From contig JAQGDQ010000263.1 of NCBI GenBank assembly GCA_030141605.1, forward strand, positions 116,502 to 180,501: DNA of 64,000 nt. The letters run 5' to 3'. The notes beneath the pieces are model-generated. The model was given only the letters and a program-made list of their open reading frames with translations. It did no database searches and was not told the origin of the DNA. Numbering within the stretch: the first letter of the stretch is position 1; each line of letters starts with the position of its first letter. Below, one piece after another: positions 11,201 through 21,500 of this stretch. The position numbers and the translations under genes were made by a program. The stretch comes from Tubiluchus corallicola (Eukaryota; Animalia; Priapulida).

Positions 11201-12121
11201 GACTGCCATGTATAAGTAAATCTTGGCAGACTGCCATGTACAGTGTAAGCAAATCTTGGCAGACTGCCATGTACAGTATAAGCAAATCTTGGCAGACTGC
11301 CATGTACAGTATAAGCAAATCTTGGCAGACTGCCATTTACAGTATAAGCAAATCTTGGCAGACTGTCATGTACAGTATAAGCATATCTTGGCAGACTGCC
11401 ATGTATAAGCAAATCTTGGCAGGCGGCCGTGTATCAACAAACCCCACTTTTAAAGCAGAATTAGTAAAAGCAACGTCTATTTGCAGCACTGATGATTCAC
11501 ATAACAGAATCAACCAAAATAATACTAGACGAATTTGGTGACTTTGAAATAGAGCTTAGAGAAGGACCCGTTGAAATCGAGGTAAGAAATCTTAACTCAA
11601 TACCTAATCATGTAAAAAAATCATATTTATTATTGCTTATGTGTAATAATTAATAGACGATAATTATGGCCTAAGGATAAGGCCTATTCTTTTTCGATAA
11701 TTTGTATCATTTACACTGTTTTTATTATTATTATTTTTCTTATTTGTTTTTGTTTTTGTTATCTGCAGCATCACCGTTAATTTTTACTAATCTACTTATA
11801 AGAAAGGGCAGGAGACTAGATGACCCTATGGTCCTTCCCTGCCCGGCTCCATGATTATAATTACTTAATATTTAAAGAAGTTTTGATGTTAAACTAATTG
11901 GAGAAAATAAATGTTCTATGTCTATGTCTATGTCTGTGCCTGTGCCTAATACTATATCAAGTATGCCGAACATCACTCTACTAAAACATCCGTATGTGAT
12001 TTTTATGTTTTAGGGTAAAGATCCCCTTAAAACATACTGGTTGAAAAGATGGACTGGTAGATCATTGACACGCCCTTTCTACGTCCCAGGTCAAATACGC
12101 AGTGACATTTTTATTTCATAA
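2035..12121 (+). CDS. Membrane guanylyl cyclase with NIT-like ectodomain (NIT-GC family), catalytically degenerate; 9 exons, 5' end not identified
   Basis: Exons 2035-2223, 3410-3525, 3910-3984, 4197-4804, 6390-6471, 7108-7266, 9175-9273, 11487-11581, 12014-12121 are all bounded by AG/GT with compatible phases and give an open frame of ~509 aa. Contains helical NIT-like region, TM segment, coiled coil [13 protein letters not shown] and class III cyclase motifs [42 protein letters not shown]. Confidence 0.88.
3410..3525 (+). CDS. NIT-GC exon B
   Basis: gacag|G completes Trp; (W)[38 protein letters not shown]; G|gtacat donor, phase 2-1. Confidence 0.78.
3680..3845. repeat. (GGT)n-type microsatellite, intronic
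   Basis: Degenerate gtg/atg triplet run. Confidence 0.95.
3910..3984 (+). CDS. NIT-GC exon C
   Basis: ttcgcag| acceptor; [25 protein letters not shown] (NIT-type G..RA.G..FF motif); G|gtgtgt donor, phase 1-1. Confidence 0.8.
4197..4804 (+). CDS. NIT-GC exon D (end of NIT region, TM helix, coiled coil, start of cyclase domain)
   Basis: ttacag| acceptor; includes ORF-track 4253 peptide: [12 protein letters not shown], hydrophobic [47 protein letters not shown]; CTG|gtagtg donor. Confidence 0.92.
4880..5170. mobile_element. Palindromic MITE (~290 bp) with a TAACCC-like core
   Basis: cagtagtatgcattgtgccggactgcatgatttagg is mirrored by cctaaatcatgcagtccggcacaatgcactctactg; second internal inverted pair ccccttcaaataatgagac...aaaccctaatc / gattagggttt...gtctcattatttgaagggg. 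Confidence 0.85.
5200..5960 (-). mobile_element. Decayed non-LTR retrotransposon fragment, possibly an APE endonuclease region
   Basis: GC-richer block; frameshifted minus-strand peptides [10 protein letters not shown] / [16 protein letters not shown] resemble the WN..G...L..FL....DI...QE start of LINE ORF2; many stops. Confidence 0.4.
6390..6471 (+). CDS. NIT-GC exon E (cyclase domain)
   Basis: ttttag|[28 protein letters not shown]|gtaagt. Confidence 0.95.
7108..7266 (+). CDS. NIT-GC exon F (cyclase domain)
   Basis: tttacag|(G)[28 protein letters not shown]...[10 protein letters not shown]|gtaaat. Confidence 0.95.
7354..7880. mobile_element. Degraded hAT (Charlie-like) MITE
   Basis: Ends cag...ggttcccaacctgggg and aaaggttgggaac match CAGTGGTTCCCAAC-type TIRs; subterminal ggggtacc motifs. 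Confidence 0.6.
8751..9148. mobile_element. MITE family B (~395 bp, 19-bp TIR AATAAGCCTTTTCACAGTT)
   Basis: TIRs aataagccttttcacagtt / aactgtgaaaaggtttatt; inverted full copy at 46142-46532 and partial copy at 23960-24208. Confidence 0.85.
9175..9273 (+). CDS. NIT-GC exon G (cyclase domain, degenerate catalytic motif)
   Basis: tttag|(G)[33 protein letters not shown]|gtaaaa; an alternative same-phase donor exists after 9267. Confidence 0.95.
9549..10148. repeat. (CTATGT)n-derived compound minisatellite, intronic
   Basis: Hexamer variants ctatgt/ctaagt/ctgtgt/tttatt in higher-order units. Confidence 0.95.
11043..11422. repeat. Minisatellite of 28/33-bp units with internal palindrome TGGCAG-A-CTGCCA
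   Basis: aaatcttggcagactgccatgta(cagta)taagc, about 12 copies. Confidence 0.95.
11487..11581 (+). CDS. NIT-GC exon H (cyclase domain)
   Basis: tttgcag|(A)[31 protein letters not shown]|gtaaga. Confidence 0.92.
11806..11947 (+). mobile_element. CR1/L2-group LINE or SINE 3' end: stem-loop plus (CTATGT)n tail
   Basis: gggcaggagactagatgaccctatggtccttccctgccc hairpin, then aaataaatgttctatgtctatgtctatg; related hairpins at 9395 and 48465. Confidence 0.55.
12014..12121 (+). CDS. NIT-GC terminal coding exon
   Basis: ttttag|[35 protein letters not shown] (GK..M.TYWL cyclase end motif), TAA at 12119-12121; a further splice after 12089 cannot be excluded. Confidence 0.85.
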   Translation, partial: GKDPLKTYWLKRWTGRSLTRPFYVPGQIRSDIFIS

Positions 12122-12266
12122 GACACCCTTCTTCCAAGGCCAATTAAGTTATTCTTATTTCTCATCATCAAATTGCTACGGCCATCATCGTTTCTCGTTT
12201 CAGTCTTTTTAGTTCTTCTTTTTATTTACTTTGTTTATTTTTAGAAAACTCGTGTAGCTTTAATCT

Positions 12267-13603
12267 CAGGGCCGGGTTAACCCACAAGCAGACTAAGCAT
12301 GTGCTTAGGGTACCAAGGCTCAGGGGGACCAACAGGGCCGGGTTAACCCACAAGCAGACTAAGCACATGGTTAGGGCACCAAGGCTCAGGGGGTACCAAC
12401 AGGGCCGTGTTAACCCACAAGCAGACTAAGCATGTGCTTAAGGCACCAAGGCTCAGGGGGTACCAACAGGGTCGGGTTAACCCACAAGCAGACTAAGCAC
12501 GTGCTTAGGGTACCAAGGCTCAGGGGTACCGTTAACCCACAAGCAGACTAAGCATGTGCTTAGGGTACCAAGGCTCAGGGGGACCAACAGGGCCGGGTTA
12601 ACCCACAAGCAGACTAAGCACTTGCTTAAGGCACCAAGGCTCAGGGGGTACCAACAGGGCCGGGTTAACCCACAAGCAGACTAAGCACATGGTTAGGGCA
12701 CCAAGGCTCAGGGGGTACCAACAGGGCCGGGTTAACCCACAAGCAGACTAAGCACATGGTTAGGGCACCAAGGCTCAGGGGGTACCAACAGGGCCGGGTT
12801 AACCCACAAGCAGACTAAGCACGTGCTTAGGGTACCAATCCTCAGGGGGTACCAACAGGGCCGGGTTAACCCACAAGCAGACTAAGCACGTGCTTAAGGC
12901 ACCAAGGCTCAGGGGGCACCAACAGGGCCGGGTTAACCCACAAGCAGACTAAGCACATGGTTAGGGCACCAAGGCTCAGGGGGTACCAACAGGGCCGGGT
13001 TAACCCACAAGCAGACTAAGCACGTGCTTAGGGTACCAATCCTCAGGGGGTACCAACAGGGCCGGGTTAACCCACAAGCAGACTAAGCATGTGCTTAAGG
13101 CACCAAGGCTCAGGGGGTACCAACAGGGCCGGGTTAACCCACAAGCAGACTAAGCATGTGCTTAAGGCACCAAGGCTCAGGGGGCACCAACAGGGCCGGG
13201 TTAACCCACAAGCAGACTAAGCATGTGCTTAAGGCACCAAGGCTCAGGGGGTACCAACAGGGCCGGGTTAACCCACAAGCAGACTAAGCACGTGCTTAAG
13301 GCACCAAGGCTCAGGGGGTACCAACAGGGCCGGGTTAACCCAACCCACAAGCAGACTAAGCACGTGCTTAGGGTACCAATCCTCAGGGGGTACCAACAGG
13401 GCCGGGTTAACCCACAAGCAGACTAAGCACGTGCTTAAGGCACCAAGGCTCAGGGGGTACCAACAGGGCCGGGTTAACCCAACCCACAAGCAGACTAAGC
13501 ATGTGCTTAGGGCACCAAGGCTCAGGGGGCACCAACAGGGCCGGGTTAACCCACAAGCAGACTAAGCACGTGCTTAGGGCACCAAGGCTCAGGGGGCACC
13601 AAG
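12267..13603. repeat. 67-bp tandem array (~20 copies)
   Basis: cagggccgggttaacccacaagcagactaagcacgtgcttaaggcaccaaggctcagggggtaccaa. Confidence 0.97.
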
Positions 13604-14094
13604 CTGACAAAAGAAATTGAAAACAGATAAATTTTAATAAAGTATGTTAAAGCCCTAAAAGTCTTTCACAGTTTAAAGTGTGAGGAAGAGAGCTACAGGA
13701 GAAAGAGGCGCTTTGGCTGGGATATTTTTCATATCATTACATAGCACGATAGTAGTGTCTTCACCTTTTATCACCATGTTTTCATCTATTGCCATGGCAA
13801 GTTGGCAACACTGTAGCCACAACATCTGCAACAGCCATTAGCTAAGGTCCTTGGGCAGGAAGTTTCACGACAATGACTCATGCAGTGGGGTCATTTTAAT
13901 GTCCTTTTTAATACCATTCTGGTTTTTTTACTGTTGAGACCTTCTTTTTTGTAGCTGATTTATTTAATTAAAATTTCATTTTGAAGCCAATAAAAAATTC
14001 AAGTGTTATAAATATTATACAGAACAATGGAGTTTGTTTTATATGTTACATAATTAATATCACATAACTTGTATGCTTTGAGCCATGAAGAGAG

Positions 14095-14425
14095 CAGGGC
14101 ACCAGGTGCTGGCTGTGCTTATGGCACCAACGCACCTTAATCCGGTTCTCAGGGCACCAGGTGCTGGATGTGCTTATGGCACCAACACACCTTAATCCGG
14201 TTCTCAGGGCACCAGGTGCTGGCTGTGCTTATGGCACCAACACACCTTAATCCGGTTCTCAGGGCACCAGGTGCTGGATGTGCTTATGGCACCAACACAC
14301 CTTAATCCAGTTCTCAGGGCACCAGGTGCTGGATGTGCTTATGGCACCAACACACCTTAATCCAGTTCTCAGGGCACCAGGTGCTGGATGTGCTTATGGC
14401 ACCGGCGCACCTTAATCCGGCCCAG
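14095..14425. repeat. 55-bp tandem array (6 copies)
   Basis: cagggcaccaggtgctggatgtgcttatggcaccaacacaccttaatccggttct. Confidence 0.97.
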
Positions 14426-16387
14426 TTATGTGTTTTTATTAGGTATTTGCTAAGTTTATTTTTTATCGTGTTATGGTTGGTCAGTTTGCGAATTGCTTTA
14501 ATCTCATTTGATTGTTTGCTGATCATGACTGATACTGAAATATGATCTAAATTAATTCTTACTGAGTTTGGTAGCCAATATATAATGTAATATTATATAA
14601 TTATGTTATATTATGTTACGTATTGTCTACCAAACTCAGTTGTGTAGGAGTAAGAATTAATTTACAATTAGAGTTAATACAATACAATAACGCAACACAA
14701 CACAACACAACACAATATAATATATATATTGTATTGTGTTGCATTGTATTGTATTGTATTGTATTGCATTACGTTACACTACTACATTATATTACATTCA
14801 TAAAAAGTTATCAATTGCTTTTTGATTAGTAAGACTAACTGCAAAATTTATTCGATCCTCATTCTACGACCCTCACAAACCTTAATCAATCATTATTGTT
14901 TCTTTGTTGCTGATCGGCGTTCAAAATGGTACATACATCATATTTATATTTACATACATATATTTAGAATCAGACCATGATGGCTAATCAGAAATATAAT
15001 AATATCCATGTGTATATTTTGGGAGTGAATGTGCCTTTACATGGTACCACGGAAACAAGATCTGAAGACCGTTTGATAATCCAAAATATTTCAATAGGTA
15101 TTTTTTGTTTTAATGCTTTTTGTGAGCTTCTGCGCTTATGACAAGGCACTACGTGAAAAAAACTTACAAGCCAACAGGTAGTTCATAGTTGTGAACTTCA
15201 TCAAAATCCACATACACCTGATGCACAACCTTGTTTTGTCCAAATAAATTTAACTACGCTAAACTAAAACAATGAGAATGTCTTTTCAGCTTCATACTAG
15301 TTAATGAGGGTGTGACTTTGTGAATTAATCTTCATAATTATAATAAAGCTGGCTAGATAAACGAGATTTCTGAATACAGTTAGGTACAGTTTGTCAGTTT
15401 TACAAAATCTTTTGTTCCAAACAAAGAAAGAAAACATTTTTTTCTTAGTATAAATTATTTTATTAAATTTGATTGTATTTGTCATCAGACTGGCTTCTTG
15501 CATCAGCTGTTCACCAGTGCACAACCTCAAGAACAAAACTGCAGCACTGCTTATAAATGACAATGTTCGGTGATGTTAAGTTCAACCTTTAATTATTACT
15601 AAATGTCAATACTATTTATACAATTATCCTATCTAAGTCAGATATTAGTCTTGCTAAACACTAGCAGAAGTTTATAGTACACAAAGCTTGTTTAGTACAA
15701 GTAGTGTTAACAACCATACTAGAATATCTACAACATTTTAACAATCTTTACAAAAACATTATACACAGCCTTGATGAGAGATCATCGGCTAAAGGTTAAA
15801 GTCCAACCTTTATTATTTATTACATTATCTACAGTAATATAATAATGCACACATATACCAAGTTTTATTAAGCTTTCGTTCAGCTGAAAGCTGCAATCAC
15901 AATAAAAAAACTGCATACTGAAAGCCTCTGTCTATTGCTCACTGTGATTTTAAGTCACACACAAAGCAATGAGTGACATCAAACTATACATACTAAGTGG
16001 CAAAAATATTTTACATTTTTCGAGATTGTGAGAGTGAGGTAGAGACCATAAATCCAGTAGCAAATACAGAGGACAGTGAAATATTGTCATAACTTTTAAC
16101 ATAAATAGGTAAATATGTCATCATTATAATAATTACAGTTATTATGCAAACAAAAGCACTTGACAGATCTACTGCACGTCAAATGTAACTAGCATATATA
16201 ATCTGTGAATTCAATAAGTTGAAAGTGTCACGTTTTAATTTATTCGCGTACAAAAACTTCATCACACATTCACAATAAATTGCAAAATATTTTTTGAACC
16301 AATATTCACAGTGTTCTTGCAAGTATTCACATAATTTACAGGACGCAATGGAAGCAGCTGCAACTAATGTTATCACACAGTTAACAG

Positions 16388-18584
16388 TTACACGTAGGAC
16401 TCTCCATTTCTGTGTTTCAGAGATGAATCCAGAACATTTGATCTTTTGTACGTATAATATACATTGGTATCACTCGGCTGATAATCGGACGCACTGTCCT
16501 GAAATGTCCGATAGCTTTTTGTTGGCACACCGTACTCACTCTGCGTCGACTTGTGTTTCTCGAATGTACTTCTCAAATCCTTCACGCTCCACGAAAGTTC
16601 AGGCTCACCATATGACCCACATGAAGGTTTGCTCTTATGAGCAGACCTTTTATTATGCACAATAACCTTAACATCACCATAAGGATGAGGATCCATTCCA
16701 TAATAGTAATAGCTCTTACCAGCGTCTTTTGCACTGTAAGCCTTGAACCCGCCATACTCGGAAAATGAATTTGCTTCTGTGTGCATTTCCTTTTCGTCCA
16801 TACCATAGTAAAACTCGTGCTTTCCCAAAGAAAGTCGCGACTCTCGTACATTAGGGCGTGGCTCAGAATGTGACCTGACGCTAGTTGCCCGTTCCACCTT
16901 TGCCACCACTACATTGGATTTCTTAGGATCATCCATACCATAATAGAACTGTTTCGAGGCAGCACTGTTTCCAAAATAAACGGGTCTTCTATTGATAGGT
17001 GTAGACTGAAAATGTGGCCTTGGACTTTCTTTGGAAGGTATGTATTCGGAAGATGGAGGAGAGGACTTTTCTGATCCCTCTATCAATGAAGCTAGTCTTG
17101 GCGACTCTCTTATTTTCTGCCATTCGTCTTTTAGCTCACTCACAGAAGGACGACTCTTACAAATGGAGGAATGTTGAGGCTTACTGCCATGAACATTATT
17201 AAGAGAGTCACTTTTACTGCGGTGTACAAGTACAGCTCTGTAAGTACCGTCGGGAATTTGAATGTTACTTTGAGAACGAGGACGCTGTTCATTGTTGGCT
17301 GAACTGTTTCTGTCTAAAGGCTTACTTTTAATAACCGGACTTTTCTCCCTTTGGTAAGTGCGTACTGAATCTTCGTACATTAACCGAGCACGCATGCTGT
17401 TCACAGTTTGAGATGCTAGGTTTTTATCATGCACCCATTTACAAGGACTGCTTTCTGACGACATTCTACTGAGCGTTTCATCATATCCTGGTGGAACAAC
17501 AGGTTTTAGTTGTCCATCATCTGAGTATCGACAGCGAGGCGTATTACGAGAATTAACCAACAAGGCGGTATGACTTCTAGCATTCTTGGAATCTGGGGTA
17601 ACACTTCTGCATTCTTTTCGTGTATTCTTATTATGATCCAACATAGCAGCCCAGTTGCTTTCGTACTGCTGGTTCAGGTCAATTCCATGTACCTCATAAA
17701 TTTTCTTCTCATGAGGGCTATCCACAGTTTGTGCATGTGGTGCATACATTTTTATTGCAATATCTTCTCCACTATTGGCACTATTGGATCGACTATGATC
17801 TTGGCTAACATCAGACTCTGCTGAAAAGTAACCACCTGAACCATTAGATGGCTTACGGTATCTTAGATTCTCATCATTAAGTTCTTGGCTGCTATGGTAG
17901 TCCGGGGTAGGTATGTACACCGGTGGGTCCTCAGATTTGAGTTTTGTTGCCCTCTTTTTGTGTCTAGGTGGCACTTGTGGAGAGGGACTTCGGTCATTTC
18001 TGTCATTCACAGCTCGTGTACCTTCTGATTTTGACCTAAGCGATGATCCCCGACTCACAGCATCACGTGACTGGCGCTCACCCCTTTCTCGTGTCGATGA
18101 ACGTTTCACGATAGTTGAAGACTTAACAGAAGTTTCTTCTTCCACTTCTGCTGAGGTAAGAACTCCATCGTGACTGATACTTCTGCCACCATAATTTTCT
18201 ACACTCCGGTGCCGTCTTGGTGGTGGAGATGGAGCTCGATTCTTTTTGTGTCGTCCCGATTGCCTCGGTCTGGCCGACACAAAAAACATCTTGCCATCAT
18301 TGGATGAATTCAGAACATTCTCAAGTCGCTGCATTGGACCATTTGGTTCTGGTGCAGAAGAAAGGCAACTATTCTCAAAATACAAATGACCGCCACTAGG
18401 CGACCTCATCAGTGTTCCAATATCGCCTTTTATGAAGGTTTCAGTGCTGTGTGGTTCCTCCGGAGCAAGCAAGGAATCTTGTGATGCACCGTGCTGAGGC
18501 TTATTTTTGTTGTACCCAAGTGGTGTGAGACTTTTGCTAAGGTAATCAGAGGTTGTCCTTTCATACTGTTGTCTTTCATCATCT
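16388..18584 (-). CDS. ARHGAP20-like terminal exon (731-aa Ser/Pro-rich tail ending ESYV)
   Basis: Body of the 749-aa ORF; ttttcag acceptor at 18585-18586, phase 2 matches previous donor; TAA at 16388-16390. Confidence 0.93.
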
Positions 18585-21500
18585 CTGAAAAGTTCAAAAA
18601 ATTTGTGAGCAAAGAAAAAAATCAGTGACTTGTCCATTCTTCATCAGAACCTAACACATTTATCAAAATCACCAGGTATAATATTGTACTCAACTAAGAA
18701 ATAACGATGTCACAAAATTTTATGTAACAAGCAACAAAATAGAAAAATAACCAATGTAACTCACCTTTCACTGTCTTCTTCTGCATCAAAGAGTAATTGG
18801 TCACTGAGTGTCAACCCTGAGTCCCGACTTAAGTTAGTTGGCGAAGTCAAACTTGGTTTCGTATTGCCATTTGGGATTTCTAAGGTGTACAGCTCATGGT
18901 CTAGACTGTCTACAGAGGAATTATCTTTAGCCATGTGTCCTGCAAAATTAAGATTTGGTAATAGGGGCAACGTGAATGTCAATTCAACATTACAAGTGTC
19001 ACAAACACATGAAGTACATGTAGGTTGCTAATAACTCTTGGAAAACCAATTACAAGAACCTACAGGTCAAATATGATTTATGCAAATGAATCATGAAAAA
19101 CGATGCAAAGGAGATGATTTTCCTTAGGTTACTTGACATCATTACCAACAATATAACAAAAAATTGGAAAAGTCCTTACCAGAAATATCTTGTAAACTGT
19201 GAGTAGAATCCGAGTCTTGCATCGATTCTCCAGCAGATTCAAGTGGTTCGACGGGATCTCCAAACAGTTTGATCACGTTTTCACCAAACATTTCTGTAGA
19301 CTTTTCGATCATAAATTGAACACACAATGGCACCTGAAAGAGGAAAGGTACGGTGACATTCTTTTAGCAAATTCTGAATGTCAGTCACACATTTTATTCG
19401 TCTTTTATTCAAGAGTACTCATTTAGCTTGCCATGTTAACATGCATCCAGTACATAATCTTACCTTTTTCGTTGCATCGTCGCGTGTTTTGTGTTCTAAA
19501 TTACGAGGCGGCCATAGCAGACTTGGTCCAATACAAATGCTCAGATTATTTGCGTTCATTTTGTTTTCCTCAGACTTTCGGTCTATGTGCCAGAGAACGC
19601 AGACAAAGTGGCGTAACAATTCGTAATTTGTTCGTGGCAGTTTCTTCAGAATCCTAGAAAATAATCATAATTTCAGCAATAAATCAGTGTGTGAGGCTTG
19701 TTGGTTAGTAAAACATTGTAATGCTAATAATGATAGCCCAATAAACATGTTTTTGGAAGAAATATATCTAGAAAGAATCGTACAAATCTTTTTAAAGCAA
19801 ATATTTTAAAATCTTTGCAAATTTGTCATAACGTTTATTCGCTGCTGATGATTACAAATTTACTAACTTACTCTTTGAATTTGCTTAGCCTTGAGTAATC
19901 ATCTTCATCCACGGCTGCAGACCATTCAAAGTATAATCCAGAAACTAGCAGACAGTCTGGTAAGTTTCGACAGAAATCCTATATAGATAATTAAAAATAG
20001 AAAGTTCTTATTTAAATGATTTAGACTGTTCATGCTGTGCAACACAAATCCTCAGCTTTGGAGAACACCACAATTATACAAAAATTAATATGTATATCAC
20101 TGTCTTTTTAAAAAGTCATAAACATGGAATACATGTAGTTATAAGAAACCAAATATTACGTTTTTTATGATAGTGTTGCTGATCGCTTCTAAAACAACAG
20201 TGATGTAACGTGGCAAAATTGCTAATTTCAAAAACAGGAAAATTCACACATTTAAGATGCAAGCAAAGTTTTTTACTGCATCAGACTGCATCTTGTATTG
20301 CACCTCAGATTGCTTTTTCCTAAATTTAAGTAAAAAAAGTTATATAAAAGTTATTTACCATAAAGCAAGCTGCCACAACAAAAACCAAGAAATCATTCAC
20401 ACTGACATCGAGTCCAGTATCCAGACAGTGCTTCAGTTCATTGCGATGTTTAACGTTGGCCGTCTTACGAAAAATACCACTGCAGTACGGTCCTTCTTGG
20501 AATATTTTCTGCAGAAGAGCCTGTATTTTCCAAAAAAAATCAGGATACAGAAAATTTTCACAAAAAAATCAAATTTCCATGAAAACATTATTCTAAAATT
20601 AACACCCAAATCTAAGGATGTTGTCTGCAAAAACACGATGGACATCTCTATGTTCAACAGTCAACAATTTACAAGTTAATAGTTTAATACGTTTATCAAA
20701 AAAGGAGAGTAGATATAAAAATATAAAACATAAACATATATATTTACATATGTAAATGTACATATGTAAATATATATGTTTATTAGAAAAATATTAAAAA
20801 TATTTACAATTATAATTATTGTAGTTATTCCGTCTGAGAAATTTTTTTAAAATAGCAGTAACCTACACTAGAATGATACATATTAGATGACAGTGAATAA
20901 AGGAATGGCATCTTACCATAATCTGTGGAGGTACGGATCCATCTGGAGATAGTTCTGCCAAACAATGGCCAAATAGTTTGCCAGGTGGAGTAGCGTCTTT
21001 TCCTGGTGATTTTTTGAATTTAGGCCACAGAATTGCAGGTGATCGTTTCAGCGACACACCTATGCGTTTATTCTTCTTAGGCGACCCTGCAACTGTGCAA
21101 AAATACACATTTTCATGCTCATCTAAACAAGAGGGAATCATCTACAAATGCCATTACTGACGAATATGGTATGTCGATGTGCTGTGGGGTAGAGTGGGTC
21201 TAAAAGTTAAAACTAGAGCAAACTCAGAAAAATTTAAAAATCAAAATAATATGGTAACTGGGCGACTAATTACAAAGACAAGAACTTACTGTAAAACATA
21301 AGTTGTTGAAAAAACAAATCTTTGGAATATATTTTTGTAAAGGTTGGTAAAACAAAATGGCAGATTTGTTATACAAATAATAAGGATCAGTGGCAGCTCG
21401 TGTATAGGTAATGTGGAACTGCAACACCCCCTATTTGCACTCAATGTTATCGATAATATTCATTAATAAGGATTTTTTACTTCTTTCTTTATACTTGTAT

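Larger units (their letters stand above)
12267..14425. mobile_element. hAT-type non-autonomous element whose two ends are tandemly amplified
   Basis: Left end cagggccgggttaa, right end ttaatccggcccag (CAGGGCCGG-type TIR); unique ~490-bp core between the arrays; no clear TSD. Confidence 0.65.

Noticed and set aside
2035-12121. Cyclase as a pseudogene
   Set aside because: No stops or frameshifts across 9 exons and all splice sites are canonical; substitutions concentrate on one half of the active site.
12267-13603. CRISPR array
   Set aside because: Head-to-tail repeats with no unique spacers, no cas genes, eukaryotic context; the same applies to the arrays at 11.0, 36.2 and 50.8 kb.
18585-18637. 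MDKSLIFFF start of the 749-aa ORF as a stand-alone gene
   Set aside because: This stretch is the polypyrimidine tract and acceptor of the last intron; the ORF is the terminal exon of the RhoGAP gene.
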